DNA of 64,000 bases from Candidatus Eiseniibacteriota bacterium (lineage in GTDB: Bacteria > Eisenbacteria > RBG-16-71-46), in the NCBI GenBank assembly GCA_963707915.1, contig OY970178.1:224001-288000 (forward strand), written 5' to 3'. The position numbers and the translations under genes were made by a program. The notes below the pieces were generated by a model. It did no database searches and had not been told where the DNA came from. It worked only from the letters and a program-made list of their open reading frames with translations. Shown piece after piece: positions 50,628-59,166 of the stretch (its first letter is position 1; every line of letters starts with the position of its first letter).

Positions 50628-52409
50628 TCACTTCACGGTGACGACCGAGTTCTTGCCGCCGTACGGATCGGCCTTGGACTCGGGATTGGCCTCGTCGATC
50701 TTCCAGGTGGTGCCGTTCACCACGAACTTGTACTCGTGGGTGCCGGGCGGCAGCTTCTTCGTGATGCTCCAGGTGCCGTCCGCCTGCTTCGCCAGCGGGT
50801 CGGCGGCGATCGCCCAGCCGTTGAACGCCCCGGCGAGCGCCACGCTCGTGGCCGCCCCGGCGAAGGTGAACACCACGCCGTCCGCGGTCGGGACGGGCGC
50901 GCGGCCCTTGCCCGCGGGGGTCGCCGTGGCGGCAGCCGGGGCCGCCGCAGTGGCCGCGGGCGCCGCCGCGCCGCCCACGATCACGACCGAGTTCTTGCCG
51001 CCATAGCCGTCGTCGGCCGTCTCCTGCGCGTTCGGGTCTTCCTTCCAGTTCGTGCCGTCGATCACGAACTTGTACATGTAGCGGCCGGGCTCGAGCTTCC
51101 GGGTGAGGGCCCAGCTGCCGTCGGCCTGCTTGGTGAGCGGATCGGCGGTGGTGTTCCAGGCATTGAACTCGCCGGCCACCGCGACCGAACCGCCGCCGCC
51201 CTTCCAGGCGAAGGTGACGCCGCCGGCGGAGGCCGCGGGCGCCGCGGGTGCGGCCTTCGCCACGGGCGCTGCGGATGCGGCAGGGGTCGCGCCGCCCACG
51301 ATCACGACCGAGTTCTTGCCGCCATAGCCGTCGTCGGCCGTCTCCTGCGCGTTCGGGTCTTCCTTCCAGTTCGTGCCGTCGATCACGAACTTGTACATGT
51401 AGCGGCCGGGCTCGAGCTTCCGGGTGAGGGCCCAGCTGCCGTCGGCCTGCTTGGCGAGCGGATCGGCGGTGGTGTTCCAGGCGTTGAACTCGCCGGCCAC
51501 CGCGACCGAACCGCCGCCGCCCTTCCAGGCGAACGTGACGCCGCTGGCGCCGTGGACGGCGCCCGTCCCGGGGGGGGGCGTGGCGTGGGCGGTGGCCGCG
51601 ACCTGCCGGGCCCCCGGCGGCGGGGTGAAGGTGAACAGGGCGGGGTCCGCAGGCTCCCCCAACGTCAACTTGCTGGAGATGAACTCCCCGAGGCAGGGGA
51701 TGGTGCGTCCGCACATGCCCAGGCGATACTCGGCGCGCAGCGGCAATCCGCTCGCACGGTCCAGCCAGAGCCGGATGGACGCCATCGGGTCCCCCGCATC
51801 GACCCGGTCGCACTCGTAGTGCTGCCCGCCGACGTCCAGGCGCACCGGCCCCGCGAGACTCACCTTCGTTCCGCCCTCGAGGACGGTGCCCGCCAGAAGT
51901 GCATAGGTCGCCGGGAGCGCGCTCAGGGCGGTCCTGGCTGCTTCGCCGATCTCGGGGCTCTCGGAATCGATCGGGTCCCCGGCCTTCCAGGGGCGGCTCG
52001 CGTATCGCCCCTCCTCCGGCGAATAGGCCCACAGCGTCTGCCCGTCGAAGACGATCAGGTCGACGCCCTTGGGCCCGGTGACCTCCGCGCGCTCCCGGCC
52101 GTCGGCGGCCCTGAAGTAGCGGAACGGCTGCCGGTGGTCGGATTCGGTGTACTTCACGTGGACGGTGCCCTCGATGGCGTAACCGCCCGCTTTCGCCAGC
52201 GCGCCGTCGAGCCCGCGGATCAGCGCGATCCCGCGCGCGTCACCCGTGGGTGCAGCCGGCTGCCCGGTGTCCGCGGCCTTCGCGGCGGGCGCGGTGGACG
52301 CGGCGGACGCGGCGGTTCCGGGAGGCGCGGCGTTGCGCCAGCCTCCCGCGCAGCCGGTCACGGCGAGCGCCACCAGGACCGCAGGAATCGTTCGCTTCAT
52401 CGTCGTCAT
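50628..52409 (-). CDS. Lipoprotein: LolA/LppX-like domain plus three AMPK-type glycogen-binding domains
   Basis: Lipobox LAVTGC; IVFDGQTLWAYSP, IRLWLDRASGLP and LFTFTPPPGA LolA-fold signatures; three AG(E/A)FN.W...YKFV..G..WK.D.....D.YGGKNSV domains; ATGA overlap. Confidence 0.82.
   Translation of the reverse strand: MTTMKRTIPAVLVALAVTGCAGGWRNAAPPGTAASAASTAPAAKAADTGQPAAPTGDARGIALIRGLDGALAKAGGYAIEGTVHVKYTESDHRQPFRYFRAADGRERAEVTGPKGVDLIVFDGQTLWAYSPEEGRYASRPWKAGDPIDSESPEIGEAARTALSALPATYALLAGTVLEGGTKVSLAGPVRLDVGGQHYECDRVDAGDPMASIRLWLDRASGLPLRAEYRLGMCGRTIPCLGEFISSKLTLGEPADPALFTFTPPPGARQVAATAHATPPPGTGAVHGASGVTFAWKGGGGSVAVAGEFNAWNTTADPLAKQADGSWALTRKLEPGRYMYKFVIDGTNWKEDPNAQETADDGYGGKNSVVIVGGATPAASAAPVAKAAPAAPAASAGGVTFAWKGGGGSVAVAGEFNAWNTTADPLTKQADGSWALTRKLEPGRYMYKFVIDGTNWKEDPNAQETADDGYGGKNSVVIVGGAAAPAATAAAPAAATATPAGKGRAPVPTADGVVFTFAGAATSVALAGAFNGWAIAADPLAKQADGTWSITKKLPPGTHEYKFVVNGTTWKIDEANPESKADPYGGKNSVVTVK
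50967..51546. repeat. Near-identical ~260-bp intragenic duplication (321-bp period) of a glycogen-binding domain
   Basis: 50967-51225 and 51288-51546 differ at only a few positions. Confidence 0.9.
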
Positions 52410-54040
52410 CTCCTCGGGCTCGACAGCGGTGCGGCCGCGGCCTGGATGCTCAGGGTCTGGCGCCGCTCGTCGAGCGTGAAGGTGTAGTTGCCGGTCGTCG
52501 GGAAACTGGCGCGAACGGCGTTGGTGGAGCTGCCGCCGCCCGTCACCAGTCGGGTGGGCTGGTTCGAGACCGGGACGCTCAACGTGGTCCCCGGGTCGCC
52601 GCCGTAGGCGGGGTCCACGAATCCCCCGTTGCGGGCGAACTTGAAGTCGTGCACGCCCGCCGTGATCGGCGTGGTCGTCGTCGCCACCCACGCGAGGTCG
52701 CCGTTCAAGTCGGCGGCGAGCGCGCCGGCGGACCAGCCGTTGAAGTCCCCGGCCACGTTGATGGTGTTGGCGAGCAGGAAGAAGTCGGTCACCAGGTTCA
52801 GCGTGCCCAGGTTCGCGACGCCGCTGCCGACCGTGACCGGCACCTCCACCGTGGGATAGAGCGGGGAACTGAGCGTGAGCCGGTAGGTGGCCTGGTCCAG
52901 GTCCGTCAGGTCGAGCGTGTTCCCGCTGGTCGGGATGAGGAGCGAGTCGAGCCGCTCGGTGCCCCAGTAGAGCTTCGCCGTCGTGGGCGGGTAGGGCGGG
53001 GTGGTGATGGGCAGGGCGTAGGGGTCGTAGGCGAGCGTCGCGTGGATGCCGCCGGGCAGGGTCGCGACGTTGTAGACGAACGAGCCCTCGATCGTGTGGT
53101 CGGCCGTGACGTTCGCCAGGGTGTAGGCGGTGTCCGTGCTGACGACGCTCCCGTCCAGCGATATGGCGTCCACCTTGTAGTGCGGCCACGGCACGAGGCT
53201 GAAGTGCTGGCTCGCACCGCGGGTCAGGGTCAGGTCCCCGACCGGGACCATCGTGCCGTGCAGTCCCGCCGACGCGTGGATCACGTAGTTCTGGCCCGAC
53301 GTGGACACGGTGCCGAGGTCCTTCATGCTGTTCCCGACCACGACGTCGGTCAGGGTGAATGACGGCTGCCCGGGCACGCGGAACAGCACGTTGTAGGTCC
53401 CGGCCACGAGCCCGGTGATGGTGAACCGGCCATCGGTGCCGCTGAACACCGCGGGGGCCCCGGGACCGATCCTCAGGATGGAGTAGGTCGGCGGGGCCGG
53501 GTTCTCGTCCAGCGCGCAGACCGACGCGCCGGCGGCCGTCGCGGCCACGTTGGCCATGAGGTTCTTGCCGCCGCCCGGATCGGTCTTCAGGCTGCCGGCC
53601 AGGCCGTCGAGCTCCGTGGCCGCGAGCACGGAGCAGTAGGCGTTCGCCCAGGCCGAATTGATCACGAACTTCCATTCGATGGGGCCCGACGGCATGGTCA
53701 GCGTGTCCACCCACGCCTTCGGGGCCAGCTGGGTGAGCCGCGGGTTCCCGGCGCCGCCCGGCGTCCAGGCGGGCGTGAGGAAGCTCCCGGCGAGCTCCAT
53801 GGTCGTGGACGTCGAAGGCGTCGCGCCCTGGATCCGCGCGACCATGACCAGGACGGGCGGGTGCGGGGCGGGAGTGCCGAAGTCGAGCTGGCCGGTGATG
53901 GCGGCGACGGCGGGCGGCGCCGGCGGCTGCCCGCTGGGGGAGAGGATCATGTCGGCGCGGTTCCGGCCGCAGGCGCCCGCCCCCATGAGGAAGCCCGCTG
54001 CCGCGCCGAACAGGATCGTGCGCTTGAGGATGCTGCTCAT
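52406..54040 (-). CDS. Lipoprotein with SusE/SusF-like starch-binding domains and Ig-like/carboxypeptidase-regulatory-like domains
   Basis: Lipobox GAGAC; ELAGSF...W...IEWKFVINSAW and NVAGDFNGW...HDFKFARNG...GNYTFTLDE modules. Confidence 0.7.
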   Translation of the reverse strand: MSSILKRTILFGAAAGFLMGAGACGRNRADMILSPSGQPPAPPAVAAITGQLDFGTPAPHPPVLVMVARIQGATPSTSTTMELAGSFLTPAWTPGGAGNPRLTQLAPKAWVDTLTMPSGPIEWKFVINSAWANAYCSVLAATELDGLAGSLKTDPGGGKNLMANVAATAAGASVCALDENPAPPTYSILRIGPGAPAVFSGTDGRFTITGLVAGTYNVLFRVPGQPSFTLTDVVVGNSMKDLGTVSTSGQNYVIHASAGLHGTMVPVGDLTLTRGASQHFSLVPWPHYKVDAISLDGSVVSTDTAYTLANVTADHTIEGSFVYNVATLPGGIHATLAYDPYALPITTPPYPPTTAKLYWGTERLDSLLIPTSGNTLDLTDLDQATYRLTLSSPLYPTVEVPVTVGSGVANLGTLNLVTDFFLLANTINVAGDFNGWSAGALAADLNGDLAWVATTTTPITAGVHDFKFARNGGFVDPAYGGDPGTTLSVPVSNQPTRLVTGGGSSTNAVRASFPTTGNYTFTLDERRQTLSIQAAAAPLSSPRR

Positions 54041-54071
54041 CGTAGGGCTCTCCGATTGATTCCCGCCGGCA

Positions 54072-54470
54072 TCAGCGGACGTCGATCACCGAGTTGTGAC
54101 CGCCGTAGCCGTCGTCCGTCCACTGGGGGTTGTTGGGGTCTTCCTTCCAGTTCACCCGATCCACCACGAACTTGTACAGCTTGCGCCCGGGCGGGAGCTT
54201 CTCGGTGCGCACCCAGAGGCCGCTGCCCGGGGGGCTCTCTTCCATCACGCCCACGTTGAAGCTGCCGGTCTGGGCCTGCCCCGCGAGCCAATTGTTCTCG
54301 GGCCAGTCCCCGGCGAGCTGCACCGTCCGCGCCGAGGGCGAGAAGAAGCGGAAGGTCACGCCGCTCGGTCCCTGCGTGGGGGGCGGCAGGCGGCGCTTGA
54401 CGAAGTTGAGAGTGCTGCACCCGGCGACCAGCAGGCCGAGGGCGAGCAGCAGGAGGGTCAGGTGTCGCAT
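54072..54470 (-). CDS. Small lipoprotein with a single AMPK-type glycogen-binding domain
   Basis: Lipobox LVAGC; VTFRFFSPSARTVQLAGDW...LPPGRKLYKFVVD..NWKEDPNN...DDGYGGHNSVI. Confidence 0.85.
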   Translation of the reverse strand: MRHLTLLLLALGLLVAGCSTLNFVKRRLPPPTQGPSGVTFRFFSPSARTVQLAGDWPENNWLAGQAQTGSFNVGVMEESPPGSGLWVRTEKLPPGRKLYKFVVDRVNWKEDPNNPQWTDDGYGGHNSVIDVR

Positions 54471-54488
54471 GGGGCTCCCCGCGGCCGG

Positions 54489-56654
54489 CTAGAAGTGGAC
54501 GATCGCCTTGAGCTGCACGACCCGCTCGCTCTCGAGCGCCTTCTCGGCGGCCGCGATCTTCGGGCCCAGCCCGTAGTAGTTGTCGTGCGCGGTGGCGCCG
54601 CTGGCGCCGCGCGCGAACAGGAACACGTCACGGCCGATGTCGGCGTAGTCGTTCAGCACGTCGTCGATGACCCAGGGATCCACGCCGAAACCGAGAGCGA
54701 GGCTCGCGCCCGGGGCGAACGTCCAGGTGCAGTCGGCGAAGTTGCTCAGGTAGCCCGAGGTCAGCCCCAGGAACGGGGCGTCGTACTTCACCCAGCGCAG
54801 GTCGGTGCCGATGCGGCAGGTCCGGGTCAGGTCGAGGCCGAGCTGGAAGCGGTACTCCGCGTACTTGGGGCGCCGGTCCAGCGCCTCGGTCTCGAACGTG
54901 CCCTTCCAGCGGAAGAGCCCGTTGCGCCGGGCCAGCAGCGGGACCTCGAGCACCGGCCGGATCCGCAGGGCGTCGGCGCCGCCGAGCATCACCATGCGGT
55001 CCACGCTGACGACGTGCTCGGTGCGCTCCAGCCAGAAGTTGCCGTCGGGGAACCAGAACTGGTAGCCCCACGGAGTGCGGGGGTCGTAGTCGAACCGCGT
55101 GTACTCGACCCCCAGCGCGGTCTTGACCTCGCGGCCGAGGTAGTAGCGCCAGTTGCGGTCCCAGTCGAGCCGCGCCACGGTCATCGAGTTCGAGATGCCG
55201 TCCAGGATGATGTGGTACGCGTGGGTCTCGTGTTCGAGCTCGGCGCGCACCAGGACGTCGCCGTGCGATTCGGCCCAGGTGCCGCCGACCAACCAGCGGC
55301 CGCTCCGGTCGAGGTCGAAACTCTCCGCGCTGGTGCCGTTCCCGCTGTCGCGCACGGCGGTGTACGACGTCACGCCGTTCGCGTCGGCGCCGGTGACCAC
55401 GAAGTCGTTCCAGTAGGTGAATTGCCCCGGCATGTAGGTCAGGCGCCGGGTGCCGGCCAGGTACTCGGCGTAGCCCCCGAACCCGCGCGGGCCGTCCCAG
55501 CTCAACTCACCGCCGAGGGCGTACCACGCCTGGTCGAAGCACTGGGTGTACGACTTGAAGGTGAGCGGGCCGGTGACGACGTTGAAGATCCCGGCACCCA
55601 GGTCGAAGCCGCGCTGGGAGCGGCCGAGCAGGCCGGCCCGGAAGCCGCGGCCCAGCGAACGGCGCAGCCGGAACGCGAACATGTCGGCGTTCTGGTCCGA
55701 GGTGTTGACGCGCAGCACTCCCGGCGCCCGCCACGGGGCCAGCGCGTAGCCGCCGGCGGAGGGCACGGTGCGCAGGCTGTCGAACGCCGTCTGGGAGAGC
55801 GGGAAGACGTCCTTGTAGCCGCTCGCGAAGTTGGGATAGTCGATGCCGCCCACCTGGAAGTTGTCCGCGTACATCGCCTCGCCGTCGAACCCGTAGAGCT
55901 GCGAGGCGATCTTGAAGCCCTGCCGGTCGTAGCCGTAGGGGTGCTGGTAGATGCCGATGGAGCCGACCAGGTGCATGGGGTCGTCCCAGGTGCCCACGGT
56001 CTCGTGGTCCCAGCCGAGGATCTGCAGCTTGCCCTTGGCGAACTGCAACGAGCCGCGATCGAAGGTCAGGCTGGTGCGGTAGTCCTGCGCCGACTGCTTC
56101 TCGCTGTTGATGTTGGTCAGGACGTGGGCCCGGAGCACGTCCGAGACGCGGATGTCGAATCCCAGGTCGGTGTCGAACTCGGGCCGGCGCAGCTCGTAGC
56201 GGCGCGTGACCGGGTTGTGCACGTCCTGGAACAGGCCGATCATGCGGCCGCCGATCAGGATCTTGGAACTGTAGGGGGAGTTCGCGGTGGCCGGGGCCGC
56301 GCCCAGGTTGCCGTCCGTGCCGACGCGGACCACGCTGTTCCCCATGTCGCCGGCGGTCGCGCTGTTCTCGGGGTCGGCCACCCACTGGCCGTCCACCACG
56401 AGCTTGTACTGGTGCTCGCCGGCCGGCAGCGGGATCACGACGCTCCAGACGCCGCTCGCGCCCTTCGCGAGCGGCGCGGCGGTCGTGGACCAGCCGTTGA
56501 ACTCGCCCGCCCAGGCGACGGTCCCGGCGTTGGGGTCGGTGTAGGTGAACCGGATGCCGCCCGTGGCCTTCTCGGGCGCAGCCGGAGCCCCGGGGGCCAG
56601 GACGGCCAGGCCCGCCAGCGCGAGCAGCACGGTCAGGGTTACGCGCTTCATCAT
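54489..56654 (-). CDS. Predicted outer-membrane beta-barrel with an N-terminal AMPK-type glycogen-binding domain
   Basis: Signal peptide MMKRVTLTVLL; VAWAGEFNGW...HQYKLVVDGQWVADPEN; then amphipathic aromatic-rich strands ending QLKAIVHF. Confidence 0.75.
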   Translation of the reverse strand: MMKRVTLTVLLALAGLAVLAPGAPAAPEKATGGIRFTYTDPNAGTVAWAGEFNGWSTTAAPLAKGASGVWSVVIPLPAGEHQYKLVVDGQWVADPENSATAGDMGNSVVRVGTDGNLGAAPATANSPYSSKILIGGRMIGLFQDVHNPVTRRYELRRPEFDTDLGFDIRVSDVLRAHVLTNINSEKQSAQDYRTSLTFDRGSLQFAKGKLQILGWDHETVGTWDDPMHLVGSIGIYQHPYGYDRQGFKIASQLYGFDGEAMYADNFQVGGIDYPNFASGYKDVFPLSQTAFDSLRTVPSAGGYALAPWRAPGVLRVNTSDQNADMFAFRLRRSLGRGFRAGLLGRSQRGFDLGAGIFNVVTGPLTFKSYTQCFDQAWYALGGELSWDGPRGFGGYAEYLAGTRRLTYMPGQFTYWNDFVVTGADANGVTSYTAVRDSGNGTSAESFDLDRSGRWLVGGTWAESHGDVLVRAELEHETHAYHIILDGISNSMTVARLDWDRNWRYYLGREVKTALGVEYTRFDYDPRTPWGYQFWFPDGNFWLERTEHVVSVDRMVMLGGADALRIRPVLEVPLLARRNGLFRWKGTFETEALDRRPKYAEYRFQLGLDLTRTCRIGTDLRWVKYDAPFLGLTSGYLSNFADCTWTFAPGASLALGFGVDPWVIDDVLNDYADIGRDVFLFARGASGATAHDNYYGLGPKIAAAEKALESERVVQLKAIVHF

Positions 56655-56683
56655 CGGTCTCCGCAGGCCTCCGGCCCCATCGG

Positions 56684-58216
56684 CTAGAAGTAGCCCTTCA
56701 GGATGAATTTCACGAGGTCCGTCTGGTCGCCACTGCCCTGGAGGTTGCCCTCGTCCACCGGGGTCGGGCTGTTGCCGATCCAGTCGGGTCCGTACTGCAG
56801 GTACATCTCCACGTTCCCGGTGGGGCGGTACTGCAACTGGGTGAAGACGGCCTTGCGCAGGATGGTGGCGTCGTTGCCGAAGGCGAAGCGGTTGTAGACC
56901 TTCAGCGCGTTGGTCAGGTTCACGGAGTTCTCGACGGCGTAGAGCTGCTTGTGCTCGGGCCGTCCCACGTTCTTGACCATCGCCTCCACCCGCAGCCAGG
57001 CGAGCTTGCTCTCGACCTGGACCTCGCCGAACCAGTCGTTGTAGTCCTCGCGGGCGGGCACGCCCATGACCTGGCGGTACTCGCTCCGCTGCCGGTAATA
57101 GGTCTTGCCGGTGAAGCCGTTGACGAACTCGATGTAGAGCTCGTTGTAGATCTGGTGCACCCGGTAGCGGCTGGTGGCGTAGCTGGAGTAGCCCAGCAGC
57201 TCGTTGGTGTAGGTGATGGCGCGCTCGGGCAGCAGGTAGTAGTTGTGGAGCTTGAACCCGGTCTCGTCGCGGCCCGGCTCGCCCTGCCCGTTCTGCCACT
57301 TCGCGCCGCGGGTCCAGTAGGTGGGGATGCAGTTCAGCGTCCCCAGCACCGGGAGCGTCAGGCGCAGCGTGCGGACCTCGGCCTGCAACACGTCCCGGTC
57401 GGGGAAGGCGATGCCGGTGGAGGTGCGGAACACCGTGACCTTGCGGCGCAGTTCCTCGGGGTACTGCACGGTGGGATCGGTGCCCTGGCTGGTGCCGTAC
57501 TCGAGCATGAAGTCCTGGCCGAGCCACTTGTAGCGGCCCGCCAGGCCGAAGATCTCGTTGCGGTCGCGGGTGCCGGCCTGGTTGTTCTCCCGCCGGCTCC
57601 AGGTGAACCCCAGCCGCAGCCGCTGGTCCTTGAAGAAGTCGCGGCGCACGCGGGCCAGGTAGATGTCGTCCGTCTTCAGCGGGTCGAGGCTGTTGTTGTA
57701 CTGGTCGCTGTAGTCGCCGACCAGGAACCAGGTGCTGAACCCGCCGTAGCCCCAGGTGTCGAAGCGCACGCCCTGCCCGCCGCCGTACCCGTTGATGAAG
57801 CGGATCAGGTACTGGTCCCAGGTGGGGAAGCGGTCCTGCTTCGAGTAGACGTAGGTGTCCATGCCGCGCTTGCCCTGCTCGCGGCGGAAGCGCATGTGCG
57901 CCTCGTTGAACTGGAACACCGGCCGCGCCGTGTTGTTGGAGCCGCTGTTCCAGTCCGCCGTGGCCTTCACGAAGGCCTCGATCCCCGGCCGGGGCTGGGA
58001 GAAGACCCGCAGTTCCACCGGGTCCCAGTTCTCGTCGCTGTTGCTGTTCCAGTCCCAGGGGAAGACCCGCCCGGTCTTGCGCAGGTCCATCATGAGCTGG
58101 TACTGGCCCTCGAGCTTGGTGAGCGCGTGCGCGGCGCCCGCCGCCAGCATCACGCACAGCGCGAGGCCGGCGGCCGACGCGAGCCGGGCCGCTCCGGGCG
58201 GCCGCCGCGCGCTCAC
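56684..58216 (-). CDS. Predicted outer-membrane beta-barrel protein (uncharacterised porin-like)
   Basis: Signal peptide ending AHA; alternating strands rich in Tyr, Trp and Phe; terminal beta-signal KFILKGYF; GTGA overlap. Confidence 0.75.
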   Translation of the reverse strand: MSARRPPGAARLASAAGLALCVMLAAGAAHALTKLEGQYQLMMDLRKTGRVFPWDWNSNSDENWDPVELRVFSQPRPGIEAFVKATADWNSGSNNTARPVFQFNEAHMRFRREQGKRGMDTYVYSKQDRFPTWDQYLIRFINGYGGGQGVRFDTWGYGGFSTWFLVGDYSDQYNNSLDPLKTDDIYLARVRRDFFKDQRLRLGFTWSRRENNQAGTRDRNEIFGLAGRYKWLGQDFMLEYGTSQGTDPTVQYPEELRRKVTVFRTSTGIAFPDRDVLQAEVRTLRLTLPVLGTLNCIPTYWTRGAKWQNGQGEPGRDETGFKLHNYYLLPERAITYTNELLGYSSYATSRYRVHQIYNELYIEFVNGFTGKTYYRQRSEYRQVMGVPAREDYNDWFGEVQVESKLAWLRVEAMVKNVGRPEHKQLYAVENSVNLTNALKVYNRFAFGNDATILRKAVFTQLQYRPTGNVEMYLQYGPDWIGNSPTPVDEGNLQGSGDQTDLVKFILKGYF

Positions 58217-59166
58217 CGGGCCCTCCGGCCGCTGAGCGGGACCAGCACGCTGACGCGGTAGGAGGCGCCGAGGTCGTGGTTGGTGGTGACCGCCGCGTCC
58301 ACGTAGTAGCCCTGGTGGAAGACGCCGAAGCCGCCGGTGTACTGGAAGTCCCCGGGCCAGCCGTTGGACTGTACGATCGGCCGCAGGTTGGTGAGGCCGG
58401 AGCGCACCGCGAAGACATCGTAGAAGAGGATCTCGAACCCGAGGTTCAGCGAACTCCGCGTGCGGTCCACCTGCGACCAGGCGGCCGTGACGGTGGACTC
58501 CTTGTTCCAGCGCAGCGCGGCGGCGAACTCGCTGCGGAACGGCACCGGGCCGCCGCCGGAGCCGGGGATGAACTCGAAGCGCGGCGCGAGCAGATCGCGC
58601 CCCACCCAGGCCAGGTCCACGCGCCAGGGCGTGGTCCAGAGCAGCCCGGCGTCGAGCGAGCCCTTGGACTGCGAGCCGTAGTCCACCCGCATCCCGGCGT
58701 CCGCCGCGGCAAAGGCGGCGACGTCGAACGGTTGGAGGCCCACCCGCTCGAACTTGAAGGTGGCGCCCGCCGCCAGCCGGTGCCCGCGGCCGAAGTCGCG
58801 CACCCTGCGCCCGGCCGAGACGCTCAGCAGGTCCTCGGCGTAGGCGTCCGCGATGCCGAGCCGGTGCCAGCCCAGCGCCCAGCCGGTCCCCCGGTACCGC
58901 GACCCGACCAGCAACGCGCCCTCGGAGAGGTCCTGCACGCCGTAGGGCCGGCAGTAGTCGGTGAACACCTGGGTGCCGCCGAGGTCCGCGAGCCCCGCCG
59001 GATTCCAGTAGCCCGCGGTCACGTCGCGGATGCTGGCCAGCGCCGAGAAGCCCAGCGAGACGCCGCGCGAGCCCACCGCGGTCTCCTCGAAGTAGGCCGC
59101 GGCGGGGCGCACCGCGATCGCGGCCGCGAGGCCGAGGGCGAGCGCGGCGATGCGGGCGGTCCTCAA
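58213..59166 (-). CDS. PorV/PorQ/PorP-like (FadL-superfamily) outer-membrane barrel
   Basis: VGSRGVSLG.SA.A...D......NPAGLA N-terminal signature; LAAGATFKF, LDAGLLW, AVRSGL, YRVSV; TTG start overlapping the upstream stop. Confidence 0.75.
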   Translation of the reverse strand: MRTARIAALALGLAAAIAVRPAAAYFEETAVGSRGVSLGFSALASIRDVTAGYWNPAGLADLGGTQVFTDYCRPYGVQDLSEGALLVGSRYRGTGWALGWHRLGIADAYAEDLLSVSAGRRVRDFGRGHRLAAGATFKFERVGLQPFDVAAFAAADAGMRVDYGSQSKGSLDAGLLWTTPWRVDLAWVGRDLLAPRFEFIPGSGGGPVPFRSEFAAALRWNKESTVTAAWSQVDRTRSSLNLGFEILFYDVFAVRSGLTNLRPIVQSNGWPGDFQYTGGFGVFHQGYYVDAAVTTNHDLGASYRVSVLVPLSGRRAR

